In this document: piece by piece, positions 1-13,316 of the stretch
Layout: every line of letters starts with the position of its first letter
Position numbering within the stretch: the stretch's first letter is position 1
From: the human T2T-CHM13v2.0 reference genome, Homo sapiens
Strand: one strand, 5' to 3'
DNA length: 64,000 bases
Assembly (NCBI RefSeq): GCF_009914755.1
Contig: NC_060942.1
Notes under the pieces: model-generated
What the model was told of the DNA's origin: nothing
What the model saw: the letters and a program-made list of their open reading frames with translations, nothing else
Database searches by the model: none
Position numbers and translations under genes: made by a program

Positions 1-819
1 TCTTTACTGCTTCTGCTCTTCCAGTTCCAGTTATGCTCCCTGAACACAGCCATACATAAACATGTTGTAAGAGGGTCTGTTGCTTTAAAAAGTAGGGACA
101 AATTTTTTTTTCCAGAGCTGTTGTGTAGTCCCTTAACTCTCAGTGACTCTTATTTCCCTAGCCACCAATAGTGATTTGGTCTTTCCATGGTTTTTAATAT
201 ATTTTTCCATCTCCCTGGAGCACTATGAGAATTACCTTCTTTTATGTCTGATTCTGTAAAAGGCACCTTCAAGGTCCAAGGAGGAAAAGTGCTGTGCATA
301 ATACTAGTAATCTCATCATGATGCATCATAGGAATATTGTAAGGAATAATTGAACACTATCTGTGAAATATGGGACTCTCCTCAGAGGACAGGTGCTCTG
401 TAGTTTTCTTCTGTGTAACTAAGCTTTCTGACTCATAAACAAAAAGTGTCTCCTATCCTACAGTCTCCTATCCTATCCTACAGTCGTTTTTTAAAATTTG
501 CACATGTTATGTCTCTGGGCCTTGAAAGATAACTGCAATAAGAACAAAAGTAGGAAAACTTTTATTTAAATGCTAGTCAAATGAATTTTAGTTTCAGTTA
601 TGTAGCAGAAAGCACGCTGATGTGGAAATTAGGGCTTACAGGCTATAATCTCCTTTCTGTGCCTGGATTGTTGTATCCCTTTAGAAGAGTGGTAGAACTA
701 TATGAACAGGAAGAACATCTGGTGTGAAGCCATGATAAGAAGTAGACCTCCCTTCCCTTTCCCACCCTAAACTTTTTTGACTCTGGTTCCCCCCAACCCT
801 CCCATCTGGAGTTTCTTGG

Positions 820-915
820 GACAGAGATCATGCTTGTTTTACATTTTTTTTTTCCTAGTTATAAGCATGGTGTCAGGCAAATGGTAGGCCCTCAATAAAC
901 ATTTGTGAATGAATG
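820..915 (+). mobile_element. L2 LINE 3' end remnant
   Basis: ggcaaatggtaggccctcaataaacatttgtgaatgaatg resembles the L2 3' terminus (gtaggcgctcaataaatatttgttgaatgaatg). Confidence 0.6.
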
Positions 916-1429
916 TCTTACAAAATATAAGCCATAATCAAGAGTTGGGTAACAATATTTAGATGCAGCAATTCCAAAGCTTGACATCAGAGACAGCACT
1001 TACTGTTCAAAGACGACTGAGAAGTTGATATCCTTAAGAGATTCTCTTGGGAAAGGAACAAAAACTGTCAGACTATGTCATATGGGCCAACTCTGAACAG
1101 ATGCTGTGCTGAGGGATTTGGGAAAGAGCCCCATGAATTACATTCTAAAATTAAGTGTGCAAGATTGTATGTATTTTTGGCTGACGAGTGGAAATGGTTT
1201 GGTAGAGTTGATCCTGCTGCTGTGTTTGAGTGAACCCAACTAGAAGCTGTCTGAGTCCTTAGCACGCAGAAGGTTGAGGGCCAAGGGAGCTTGGTACCAC
1301 CCTGCTCATCAGCGGGTTAACTGGAGTGCCGTTTCAAGATCATCTATAAAAGATCACTGCAACTTGGAGCCTGAACATAGTGTCCAGCATTGTTTTGGGA
1401 TCCCTTAGAAAGCAAAATGTTGACGTTTA

Positions 1430-1509
1430 TTAGGTTGGTGCCAAAGTAATTGTGGTTTTTGTCATTGAAAGTAATAGTAAAAACCATAATTACTTTGGCA
1501 CCAACCTAA
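1430..1509. mobile_element. MADE1 MITE (Hsmar1-derived, 80-bp palindrome; miR-548-type hairpin)
   Basis: TTAGGTTGGTGCCAAAGTAATTGTGGTTTTTG...AAAAACCATAATTACTTTGGCACCAACCTAA: ~37-bp inverted arms matching the MADE1 consensus. Confidence 0.95.
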
Positions 1510-3309
1510 GAGGTAACATTAGATTAGGAAATAACGTTTTAGTCTTCTGGATGCAAACTCTAAGTAAGATTAAACAAAATAACAGCAAGTAAGACAAAAC
1601 AACAAAATAGATTTCACAGATGAGAATCTATATGCTTTTATTTCCAATTATATTTCTTATTTCTAAATTTCCTTCCTGTTCTAAGGGAATTATCATTGAA
1701 ATATTGTGATTGAAAGAAAGATTTGTTTGGAGAACATTTTTAGAAAATCCAAAAAGATTTTGGATTTTAAGAAATCCAAAACTGAGTGTTCTAGGCATAG
1801 TGCAAAGCATTTATGACAATAAAATATCTGGAGTAGAAGAAAGAACAAAAATCTGCTTGACAAGCATGTTTCGAAAAAGGAGGGATAAGTTCAGATATGA
1901 CTAGAAAAAGATGGCTTTAGTGTGTTCTTAAAGATAGATGCCTGGACTCCATCTTGAAAAGTTCTGAATCAGAAAGTCTGTCTTTTGTCTGTTCTTCTTT
2001 TTATAGGTGTTTTCAAATATAAACAGCTGCCACGCCCAAGTAATGTTGCTAATATCCCATGAGAAGCTTCTCAGGTGTAGGCAAACCATACTTGGCTTAA
2101 ACACTATAAGCATCTTGCCCCATCCCTATGCCTGCCTGGAACATTGCCTTGGTTAGAGGTGTGAATAGAGAGAATGTATGCTGTTCACAGCTAATTAGTG
2201 TGCTTTAATTTAGGTTTTCCTTTCTGTTCCATTTCATAAACCCTGACCTTTATCATAACTAACATCCCTCTCTTGCTTTCTCCAAAGTTCCCCAATTGTG
2301 AAAGTATTTAAATTCTTTCTGTTATTTAAAAATAGCATGTTCATGTAATCATTTTAGAGTAAATCTTAATAGAGTTTAAGAGATGATTTTTGCCTTTATT
2401 AAAGAGCATGCAGGTGCCTTAATTTGCTTTTTTAAGTAAGAATAATCTAAAACATTAGAATTCATAGACATGTGGAAAGGTAAGCATTTTAATACAGTGA
2501 CAGAATACATTTAATCAGGTAAAGGAATCTAATGAATAAGGGGAAATGCATCAAAATATCAGTTATTGACCCTTGGTAAATGAGAATTCAGGGTGGGTGA
2601 TATTTTCTATGATATTTTATGACTCTAGTTGGTTTTTAATATTGCAAGTGAATGATAACTTCTGCCACTGCTTTGTCTTTAAAACACTTCAGAAGAATCA
2701 CTGTATATCAATGGGAGGCTACAGCATGATATAGCTGCATAAAACATATGCTAGTGCAAAGATGCTAAAGAGAATCATTTGTTTTCCTAATAGCTCTATT
2801 TCAGCAGACCATGGCCTTACCCAGAAATGCCCTGTTAGCAAAGCTGTCATTCTACAATGATCTCTGGATGCAAGAACGATAATAGAGCACAGGCTTCTGC
2901 ATTTATTGTAGAATATCATTTTTCCTTTATTTTTGAAAGAATTCATAATTTGTATTCTATTTTCCTTTGGCTAGAATAGACTAAAGTTTGATTCAAGGTA
3001 AAAACTCATCCAAGTAGGGAATTATACACTGGAGAAATATTTACAAGATGCACTGTAATCTTTCTAGCTAGAGTACATTAGATTTTCTTCTTATATCCAG
3101 GCACTTGAAATTGATACACTGAATATTTTCTTTTCCCCAGGTCACAGTATAAGAATAATATCATTTAGTTTACAAATTATACCTTGGGAGCCAAACTTTA
3201 TGTAGTACCAAACTAAAGATAGGTTGATAGTGTTTTGGCAATTTACAGACCAAACATCTTCAAAGCCCTTGGGCCTGCAGGAATAATGAGGAGGATGTGA
3301 TTAAATGGC

Positions 3310-3860
3310 AGTCCCCTGCTTGAAATCTTTCTGCAGCTTCCCATCATCTTGGATTTAGTTCAGACTCTTCACCATGGCCCACGAGGCCCTAAGGGATCCT
3401 GGCCTACACTCTCTCTCAGACTTTATCTTGTATGATTCTTCCTTTTTACTATATTCCAAGTATGCTTGCCTTCTTAATGTCCTTAACACATCAGTCTCAT
3501 TCCTCCCTTGTGGAATTTGCCCATGCTGTTTCCCCCTCTGAAATGATTTTTTCATAGAGTGTTTACTTAGTTTGATTCTTTTTAATAGTCACACTTCAGT
3601 TTAAATGTTTTCACCTTTGAGAGGTTTTGTGATCACCATTCCAGAGTAGGCTCCCAGACACTGAATTATCTTGCCCTACATTTTTTTTTTAAATAACAAT
3701 TACAACTACATTTTATATTTGTTTACTGTTTCTCACCCCCTCACTAGAAGGTAAGCTCTGTGAGATCAGGTTCCCTGCTTGTCTCATTGCTATACCTGAG
3801 ACAGTACCTTGTGATAATGGGCACTTACTCTTTGCTTGTTGAATGAAGCAGTGAATGCAT
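3310..3860 (+). mobile_element. L2 LINE 3' fragment
   Basis: L2-like motifs (cttcccatc..accatggccc..aggccct; cactagaaggtaagctctgtgag..; ends ttgttgaatgaa). Confidence 0.7.
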
Positions 3861-4679
3861 AAGTGAGATTCAATCTAAGGACAAAATAGAGCAAATGGAA
3901 GTTGATCTCTCTCTCTCTCTCTCTATTTCTTTCTCTCTCTCTTTCTGTGTGTCTCTCAATTTGCTCATGCTTTAATTTTACATTTAAATTCCATGGCAGG
4001 CAATATCAAAGGGTAGTTTCAAGTTTCAATTTCCTTCAAGCAAAAAAATTTTATAGTTAAAGCACGATTTGGATATTTTTCTACATTCCTAGAGCTAGCA
4101 CTCAGGGACTTGGACCTATTTGCAGCAAAGATTGATTAAGTTTCCAAAAGTCTGGCATTTAACAGGAGTTTCCACATTGGTTCTATAAATCTACTGACCT
4201 AGAAAAGGTCTTTTAAATTTCTCATGAACACTACCAGACTGTTGCAATGTCAAAGAGATGAAGTAAATATCAGTAATCCAAGAAGTCTGATGCAAAATGG
4301 TGCCAACATGAGACTCTGCCATTACATATTTGTCCTTATTTCTTCTTTGGCCTAAACAGTTTGTTTAAGATTCAAAGTTTTTCAACTTCTTTCAGTTTAT
4401 GTTGTTCTTCCAAATGGTAACCAATGACATCTTGACCTCATTATAAAATAGTTCCGTAGGGGAAATATGAATGAATGAAGGGATGGATAAACAAACAATT
4501 TTAAAACATCAATGATGCTGATGAAAAGAATGGGTAATATATTGAGTTATGCTATTTACTGTAATATAATTTCCCTACTGGCCATGCTTAGTTGCTATTT
4601 TAATATTATATTTAACTTAAGGGTCAAAGGAAAAGCAATAACAGGAAATAAAAAAATGCTTATATCTTTATAATAAAAA

Positions 4680-5110
4680 ATTATATCAAAATTGTGGCAT
4701 GAAGCTAAAGAAGAACCTAGAGGGAAAAAAAGCTAAGGATACTGATATTAGAAAACTAAATAGGTCAGATAAAGCAGATAAATATCTACCTTCAGAGGCA
4801 AAGGCTAAATAAAGGAATACATCCAAAGGAAATAAAAAGACATTAAATATTAAGGTAGAAAATAAATTAATAAAATTCAAAAAGCTTATTATGTTAAAGT
4901 TTGGTATTTGAACCAATATTAATATAAGCATTGATAAAACTTTATTAAAACTAAAAAAATGGAAAACTTGAAAGGAAAATATTAGAAATGAAAATGGGGA
5001 CACATAACCACAGATATACAAAGAGTAAGAAGATAGTAAGAAAACACTGTAAAACATTTATGACAATAAGTTTGAAAATTTAAACAAAATAGAAAATTCC
5101 AAGCAGAGCA
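4680..5110 (+). mobile_element. old L1M ORF2 fragment
   Basis: A-rich degenerate ORF2 sequence (ggggacacataaccacagatatacaaagag...atgacaataagtttgaaaattta) equivalent to the L1 'KGDITTD...NKLENL' region. Confidence 0.65.
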
Positions 5111-7332
5111 AAATTGTCTAATTTTGTTCTGTTTGCAATGCTTCTGAAATGTTCTACATGAATGAAGTGTTGTATTTGATAGGGGCACTCTATTTCCAGT
5201 TCATCCTTCTGAAAAACTGACCTTTTTATTCATCTCATCTTGTTCACCTTTAGGAGGGATATAGGAAGTAGTCAAGTAGCCTTCAGCTGCAAGATTCGTT
5301 TTTGGTGACTCACCAAGTGACTCTTTTGCCAAAGACATCTATGTTATTGACCTATCTCAAGGACTACATTGTCATCAAAGAAATCAATTTATTGGAGTTA
5401 GTAAATCGATTAAAATGCAAACATCCAGTAAAAATGTCTTCAGTATGCAGATTTTTCCATTAATGATGAATAATGAATTAGTTAATACCTAAAAGGCAAC
5501 TAAAGGTGGCAGAAAAAAGTTTGATGGGGTGGAAACATGCATGTACAGTATAAAGTGAGATCTGGGAACAAGAGGATCTGAGAATGAGAAGAGCTGAGAT
5601 GAAAGAGGAAATGAACAAAAGGCCCCTAAGTCAGCATTTGAGCACATGTGGTGCCTGGGAGTTTTGGGCTGAGGGTGAAATTAAGCAAGAAAGAATAGCA
5701 AAGAAAAATGTGCCTTTTATACTTTGTCTAGGGGCAGATGTGATACAGTGTTTTATTGGAAGGAGAACTAAACTAAAAGTCAAAAGAATTGACTGTTTTT
5801 TAGTTGCTGTGGGTTCTGCCTAAGACACTTGGCCTCTCCATAAAGTAATGTTATTTATATAGGAATCCTCTAGGTCTCTCCTTGTTCTGACATTTTGTTT
5901 CTATACATTTTACTGCCACTTGCCTAGCCATATGTAAAGCTACTACTTTCCCAGTTATCTCTTCACTAACAACAAAGCTTCTAATTTTCAAGTATCTATA
6001 TCTCTTATTTCATTGATTTTGAAGTTACACACTCTCCTGTCCTTAAACTGTGGAGCTAAAGGATGTCAACTCGTCATTATTTTTATGGCTATGCTGCCTG
6101 TTTGAGTCACTTGTTAGCATTTATGTGTTATCATAAGCACATTAGAGTCAACAATTAATCCTCAAAACAGCTCTTCCAGAGAGGCCCACAAAAGATTTTA
6201 TAAATACTATTGAAATTCATCTCGTGCCTCCATAGGAAAGTATGCAAGTGATTTTCTGACTGTATAAATATGATTCCATGTCAAGTTTCAACTTAATAAA
6301 TGGGGCATAGTCAATAGCACGCGTACTAATTAAGCTTCTGTTCTTTAGTATTATTGTGATATATAATTGTTTATTAGCCTCAATAAGATGCTCTGCCAGA
6401 ATGAGAACTGTCAATTTTGTAAAATTTATTGGCAGGATCTTAGAACCTGGATGGAAAAAGTAAGAGTACAATATAATTGACAGATACTTGTGAAATTTGA
6501 GCACATTATCTCTTATTCTCAGGTACAAATGGAGGTAACAAATTAAGTGGAATTCAGTCTAACAAGGAAGAGCTCTCAGCCAATGAGAGCAGTAAAACAT
6601 GATGTAAATGGATGAGTAAGTGAAACCTTAGCTGAAATTCCATCTTTGGAATGAACAGATGTTGCTTGAACATATATCCTGTCGCGTACTTTCATGCTGG
6701 CTCATTTCCTATGGAGAATTCTAAACATATCAACAACATACTGTTTCTATGGGGCTCCCACGTAGATGGCAAAATTACCAAATATTTCTTATTAAAGTTA
6801 TTTTCTGTGAATGGGTGTTAAAAATCTCATTTGTTTGTGTTCCTCATGCCTACGTTTTTTTCTCTGAGAGAACCCTACAAAGCAGCAAGAGATCACTGAG
6901 TAGTGCACTGTGAAGAAATCGTGGGCAGAAAATGAAAAAAAAAGAAACAAAGATAAATCCTATCCACTTCTCATTTCTGCACACACTTTTCTGCCCTGTG
7001 GAAGTTAACTGTGGTGTAGACTAGACTAGTCCTCTGTGCCTGGGCTTCAGCTCATATCTGTTTCTGAGCTTGTGCCATTAAAGAAAGTAGGATTTTTGGC
7101 TCACTGCATTGGTGTGAGGATGTGAGATAGTGCATAGGAAGGTGCTTATCAAATTGTAAGGTGTGACAAAGTGTTTGCTATACCTTATTGAAACAATCAA
7201 ACCTGAGGTAATTGGTATTACCATCTCTTGAAACTTCACATATGGTTGCATTTTAACTATAACAATCAAACTACAAATGAAAATTCTGAGTAATTGAATA
7301 GTTTTGATATTTAGTACACGTGTATGACCATG

Positions 7333-7335
<3 letters not shown>

Positions 7336-7367
<32 letters not shown>
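7336..7367. repeat. (CA)n microsatellite, ~16 units
   Basis: Direct reading. Confidence 0.95.
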
Positions 7368-7370
<3 letters not shown>

Positions 7371-8745
7371 GAACTCTCAGTAATATACTACAGATTTCAT
7401 AATATAGTACAAATGAAGCGACCTGTTATTTCTAGATTTAGGATGTCATGAAGGTAGGATAGAAGAAAGAAAATTTTCTCAGTTGGGCCAGGTGACAGTG
7501 TGGCTGTCATGAGGCTCAATTGACTCAGAATGCTGTGAAATAGCGTGGTCCTGTCTGGGTGGCACCATATTACATATCAGCCAATGCTGCATCCCTAAAC
7601 TTAGTGCAACTGTAAAGCCAGCATTTTGCTTTCTACCCTGACAGCAGGTCAGGTCATGCAACATTTCAGTGAAAGCAAAGAAAAAAAGTTTGACAGTGCT
7701 AAATGTATTTTTAGATAGTCCCTTAATTGGTCATGCAAAATAATACCCTCCTTTGCCCCATACAAGGCTGATGGGTCAGTATTGAAATAATAGGGTAAAA
7801 TTATTATGAAAAGAGATTATTTAACAGAACAGATCATGCTTCTTGTCTTGGGGCCTTCAGTTAACAAAAGTTCTCTCTCTCTTTAACCTACTTTAATTCA
7901 CCTCCCTTAGATGACAGCTTTTTTTTTTTTCCAAATGAGCTAGCAGAAATACAGCCTCAAGGTTACGAATTAATTCAAGTCAAAACAGAAATGATGTGAA
8001 ACAAAAGATAGTTTCAAAAGCCTGCAAATGTATTAAGTAACATAGAATTCTGTGCAACTAGAATGTATAATATCCTAAATATGAAGGAAAACTCATAATG
8101 CACTGTGAAAATCAGTTTGGATAGAGCAAGTCTGACTTATTCATGGAGATATAAATACAATACAATAAAATAAAATACATACAAATAAATACAATAGATG
8201 TCTTCAAGATTGTGTAACTATGTCCATACAACTGTCTATGACTCAAATTTTAAAAAAAAGAACCCAGGTTCACAAGAATCTGTAGGTGCTGTAAGATTTA
8301 ATTCTGGATTGTGAAAGTTCCTTTATACCTTAGATTGTCAACAAAAGTTCCAGTGGTTTATTATATATCATAGCAGAAAGCCATCTTTTTCCAGATTGTT
8401 TTGTGTTCAAATAGCAATATTTCTGGCCCTCTAGGAATGACATGTTGTTTGGATTACTGAGCCAGAGAAGCCGCTGGACCATTGAGATTTAGTAGGCAAT
8501 ATGTTTGCCAGCCTTTTTGAAAATTGGAATGTTATTTTTGAACTTTATCGAAGAACATGCTGCATCTCTAAGGTGGGCATTATAAAATTAGTGAACATGT
8601 GGTTATCTCTCATTTATTTGTTTGCTACTGAACTAGAAGGTCAAAAATCCACCTTTAAGAGAATATTATTTCTCACACGACTTTCTTGTTTAATGGTATT
8701 ATTTATATGGATAATAATAAACCTGCTGAATATTCACATTCAATT

Positions 8746-8747
<2 letters not shown>

Positions 8748-8786
<39 letters not shown>
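8748..8786. repeat. (CA)n microsatellite, ~19 units
   Basis: Direct reading. Confidence 0.95.
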
Positions 8787-8787
<1 letters not shown>

Positions 8788-9400
8788 TCATACGCATACA
8801 TAAACTCTCTGGACTACTGTTTTCATCCAAGTAAAGAAATGTCACAAATACAAATATTGAGTTTGATATGCATCTGTTACCATAGAAATGCTTATTTGTG
8901 CTAATTAAGATACTTTACCTTGATTAAAAGAATTAGTGGTTCTAGCACATGAAAAGTGGACTGGATTTGTTTTAGATTGATTTGGATGTCACCAGTCTTG
9001 CATTTTACAGTGTGCACCTCTCTTTGTGTGCACCTCTCTGTGTTTGCACACAGAATTTGAACCTGTTGCATAAAAACATTTGCTTAGAGTGCTGTGCTAA
9101 CAAGATCATTGATCTATTTTTGTGTAGGGCAATTAGCTTCATTCCACTCGAAAGCCACACATTGCACCCCTGGTCATGATCTCTACCTTGTAAATGTTTG
9201 TCATGTGTCACAGGACAAATCTGGAGACAGAAGCAGTCTGGGTCAGCACAATTTCTTGATAGGAAAAACAACTCAAGGACATTTCTGCTGGTAGTAGGTT
9301 GGAGGACGTAGCATGTGAAAGCCAGAAGTGAAATTACAGACAGTTTCTTCCAGCCCACTCAAAGATATCATCTTTGAAAATGAAGACCAGTTCATAATAT

Positions 9401-9709
9401 GCTGAACACAGTGGCTCATGCCTATAATCCCAGCACTATGGGAAGCCAAGGCGGGCAGATCACTTGAGGCCAGGAGTTAGATACCAGCCTGGCCACCATG
9501 GTGAAACTCCGTCTTTACTAAAAATATAAAAATTAGCCGGGTGTGGTGGCAGGCGCCTGTAGTTCCAGCTACTCAGGAGGCTGAGGCAGGAGAATCACTT
9601 GAACCTAGGAATCGGAGGTTGCAGTGAGCTGGGATCGTGCCACTGCACTCCAGCCTGGGTGACAAAATGTGACTCTGTCTCAGGAAAGAAAGGAAAAACA
9701 AACAAAAAA
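9401..9709 (+). mobile_element. Alu (AluS, Sz-like)
   Basis: Dimeric Alu with A-rich linker and tail; gatcacttgagg; approximate TSD t(c/t)ataatatgc. Confidence 0.95.
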
Positions 9710-10522
9710 CTTATAATATGCAGCTGCGCAGATGCAATGTTATAATAGATACGTAATAGATCTCATATCTTTAAGTCTAATGTGCTACTCACCCTGCAGA
9801 CACTGATGTTTCTGGGAGGGTAACCGCTTCAAGTTGGCTTAACTATGGGAATATTTGGGACATAGCTCAAGTTTCCTATTTTTGAGGAAGCATTACAACA
9901 AATATATTGCTAGGTCTGTTCTTGCTTTGATTGGTCTATGAAAGTAATAGAAACCTATTTTTGGAAAGCCATAATGTCACATAATCCTTGTGATTATTGT
10001 GTGTCATAATAGTAATATAATACAAATCTTTTGCAATGTCAATGTTAAAACACATATTAAAGCATTTGCAGTTTCATATTTTCATTGAACATAGTATTAT
10101 GTAGAGTAAACAAAACAAAATATATTTTAGGCAATACATGCATATTAAATACTACCAAATTTTATTTTTTCGAAGAAGACGTCTCCAAATTGTAAAAATT
10201 TTCATATCACTTTTCCTCTGTTCCCCCAAAACTGTGGTGGTGTCTGTAGTATAATTGAATAAAAGTAAAAGATTCAATTACTATGAAATGCTACACATAG
10301 CAAGGCTTATTCTAGACAAAGTAGAACAATTTATTGTACATTTAAATGTCCTTATTTACCATTTAAATTATGCCTAGTTTAGTTTAATACTAAACTAAAT
10401 GGGTTTAATATTGTGAAAATGCTGAGAATCAGAGATAAATTTGGTTAGTTCATGACCTCTAGGGATAAGTAAAACCTGTGCCCCTCGTGTGGAGAAGGTG
10501 AAAAAGATGTAGGAAATATCCT

Positions 10523-10952
10523 CTGTAGTTTGAATGATGACCCATGAAAAGTAGTGTCCATAATTCCAGAACCTGTGAACATGAAAGATTTGCAAAACGT
10601 ATCGTTGCAGATGTAACTACTTTAAGGGTCTTGAGATGAGCTCTGAGTGGGCTCTAAATCCAGTAACAAGTGTCCTCATAAGGAAAAGAAGAGGAGACAT
10701 AGATACAGAGAGACCATGTGAAAATAGAGACAGATATTGAGGTTACGTGAGCACAAGTGAAGGAACATCTGGAGCTACCAGAAGCTGGAAGAGGCAAAGA
10801 AGGATTTTCCCTCAAAGGCTCTGGCAGAAATAGGGCTCTGCCTGCACCTTGATTTAGAACTTCTGGCTTCCAGAACTCAGAGAGGGTACATTTCTGCTGT
10901 TTGCAGCCATTGTTTGTGTTATTTGTCATGGCATCTTTATGGAACTAGCATA
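10523..10952 (+). mobile_element. MLT1C/D-type MaLR solo LTR
   Basis: gaacctgtgaa..ttgcagatgta..aagggtcttgagatg..ccagaagctggaagaggcaa..caccttgatt..acttctggcttccagaact..catttctgctgttt: MLT1 motif order. Confidence 0.85.
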
Positions 10953-11023
10953 CCCCTTCTCTTAACTTTCAAACTAATTGAGGCCTTCTGTCAGCTGAAG
11001 GAAAGCCTTTAGAGTTCAAAGAT

Positions 11024-11040
11024 GGGGCCCTCTGGTGGTG
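11024..11040 (-). promoter_or_regulatory. candidate CTCF motif
   Basis: Minus strand CACCACCAGAGGGCCCC is close to the CTCF core CCACCAGRGGGCRC. Motif only; no binding data. Confidence 0.3.
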
Positions 11041-11071
11041 AAATTTAAGAGACTCTCTAGGGCAGGATTTT

Positions 11072-11143
11072 TTTTTTTTTTTTAATTTAAGTTTTAGGGT
11101 ACATGTGCACAATGTGCAGGTTAGTTACATATGTATACATGTG
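11072..11143 (-). mobile_element. extremely 5'-truncated young L1 (L1PA2/3-like 3' end)
   Basis: Minus strand cacatgtatacatatgtaactaacctgcacaatgtgcacatgtaccctaaaacttaaa + polyA; perfect 16-bp TSD tctagggcaggatttt at 11056-11071 and 11144-11159. Confidence 0.93.
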
Positions 11144-11289
11144 TCTAGGGCAGGATTTTATACTTGGTTCTATTCAGGGATGTGGTCCCTGAATAGAACA
11201 TGGAGGTAACTGATGTTTTCACCCACTTGGAAAGTCTCCTCTGTCGACTTGTTGGATTATGGGGCCTTGGTAACATTGACAATGGCAGT

Positions 11290-11470
11290 AGTAATAATGA
11301 TAAATATAATGTATTATTAAGTAGAGAGCTCATCATACATGCTGGGTATTATTCTGAGACCTCACAATAATCTTATGAGATGGTTGCTATTATTTTTATT
11401 GATGAGAAAAATGAGTAATAGAGGGGTTAAGTAAATTTTTCAATGTCAATAGCTAGACAGAGAGCTTGTG
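11290..11470 (-). mobile_element. MIR SINE
   Basis: cctcacaataatcttatgag..tattatt..gatgagaaaaatgag..gaggggttaagtaa: MIR core, reverse orientation. Confidence 0.7.
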
Positions 11471-11709
11471 CTTATGGTGGCTACTCTATGCTTTCTTGAA
11501 TGACTTAAAAAAATTTCCTCTTATCTAATTTTATTCTCCTCCTTTGCACCTGCTCATTCTTTTATGAATATGCGTACGTGTTTCTCTTTAAAACAAAATA
11601 AAAACCAACTCTCCCAGCCCCCAAATCTCTCACTAGTTGTCACCTTATATCAAGACTATATTAAAAAATAACGAACAGTTAATATCTCCCCAACTATTCA
11701 ACTGTGGAC

Positions 11710-11786
11710 TAGGTTGAATCATATGACATTGCTGATAATGGACTGATTTTGATGTATAGAATGGCAATCTTATCTGGTTCAGTCAA
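11710..11786. mobile_element. MADE2 MITE (mariner-derived)
   Basis: taggttgaatcatatgacattgc...atggcaatcttatctggttca matches MADE2 TIRs (TAGGTTGAACCATATGAAATTGCC). Confidence 0.75.
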
Positions 11787-11919
11787 ATGCTTTTCAACCC
11801 AATGCAGTCAGCTTCCTACTTTTACCACTCTGAATGTACTCTTTAAAGGTGGACAGGTCATGTCCCACTTACAAAAATGCAGTAGTTACTTTTCATCCCT
11901 CTTTTTATTAAAAATAGTT

Positions 11920-12130
11920 AAAACTAGTAATAGCAGGTAATATTTGCTGGGTGCTTTTTATATAATCAGGACAAGACTAAGCATTTCAGCCCTTGGAAGA
12001 GAGACGGCATCCTTTCCTCAATTAAAAGAAGATGGAACTGAAGCTTGGAGAGGTTGCATAAGTTGTTCTCCATACCGGGCAAAGCTGGAATTCAAAGGCT
12101 GTTTCATTTCACTATGAAACTCTTGATGGC
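11920..12130 (-). mobile_element. MIR SINE (degenerate)
   Basis: taatagcaggtaatatttgctgggtgctt..ggaactgaagcttggagaggtt..agctggaattcaaa. Confidence 0.55.
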
Positions 12131-12139
12131 TATGATATA

Positions 12140-12950
12140 ACACTCTCTAGCTTTTGACACGATTGAGCATTCTCTTCCTGAACACTGTTTTTCTTTCCTG
12201 ACGTCTGTGAGACTACACTGTTCTCCTTTGACCTCAGGTCGCCTTCCTTTGTTTTGCTGACTCTTATAAGTCTCTGCCTAACTTTTTAAGTGTTCTTTCT
12301 AAAGGTTTTGTTTTTGACCCTTTTCTTATTTCACCTTATCTCTTCTCACCTTTTTTTTTTAACTTTATGCACTCATCCTGCGGTTTCAATTATCACTTGT
12401 AAACTGTTGACTCTCACATCTCCACCCAGAATTCTTCTCTGAGCCTCAGATGTAATTCACTGTTAGGGCTAACAGTTGAATAGCTTAGGCTGCTCGCTGC
12501 TCAAAAACACACATCTATTCACACCCTACACTTCTCCAAACCTAATTTTTTTATTCTCTATTTTGACTGAAATAGTCCCATTGAAGAATCGTGCAAGCTG
12601 GGATCAGTTCAGTTATTTCCCCTTCTCTACTTCACCACAAATGATAGTTACTAAGCTTTATACCTATTGCCTCCATAATAATGCTTCAATCTGTTTCCCT
12701 TGCTATTGTTTGAGCTCCCTGAAGCTGCTGTCTGATCTTTGCAACAGTCTTTGGACTAGTCTTTCTGTTCCTGTGGTTTCACTTTGAGTGACCTTCCCTG
12801 ACTTAGGTGGCCTGCCATGGAAAGCTCTATTGGAAGAGCTGTTTTAGGTGGCGCAGCTCTTACCTAGTTCAAAGCAGCTAGGTCTGCTGTGTTTTGTGCC
12901 TCCCACAGAATATCTGATGTTTCATTAATATTTGTTGATTAAATACGTGA
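12140..12950 (+). mobile_element. L2 LINE fragments
   Basis: Pyrimidine-rich L2-like tract (cttttgacac..; ggtttcaattatcact..gactctcacatc) ending taatatttgttgattaaat. Confidence 0.55.
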
Positions 12951-13316
12951 ATTCCCATTTTCTTTGTCAATTTATAAGGCTCTTCAACATATTATTTAAA
13001 AAGATGTCATTTTCACAATAAATTTTGGAGTAGGAATACAAACCCATCTTTATTTTATAGATAAGGATAAGTGGTTTTCCCAGTTATGAAGTGAATTGCA
13101 GAAATAGAATTAAGCCCAGATTTTTCTGATTCATAATTAGATTCTCTTAAATCTCTGTCAGAAAAAACCCCAGATCTATTTCTGCTCTACACCCCTACAA
13201 ATAACCCGTTCTCTGATTTGTTAGAGTTTATTAGTAAAAGCCACTGTGTAATGCTACCGGTATTAATATGTATCTGTAATTAGGTGTCACCTTGGAGGTT
13301 TCTGGGTCACCAACTA

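Noticed and set aside
451-485. 15-bp repeat tcctatcctacagtc at 20-bp spacing
   Set aside because: An ordinary slippage duplication.
4686-5057. 123-aa hydrophobic 'membrane protein' ORF
   Set aside because: Antisense of A-rich L1M sequence gives F/L/I-rich frames.
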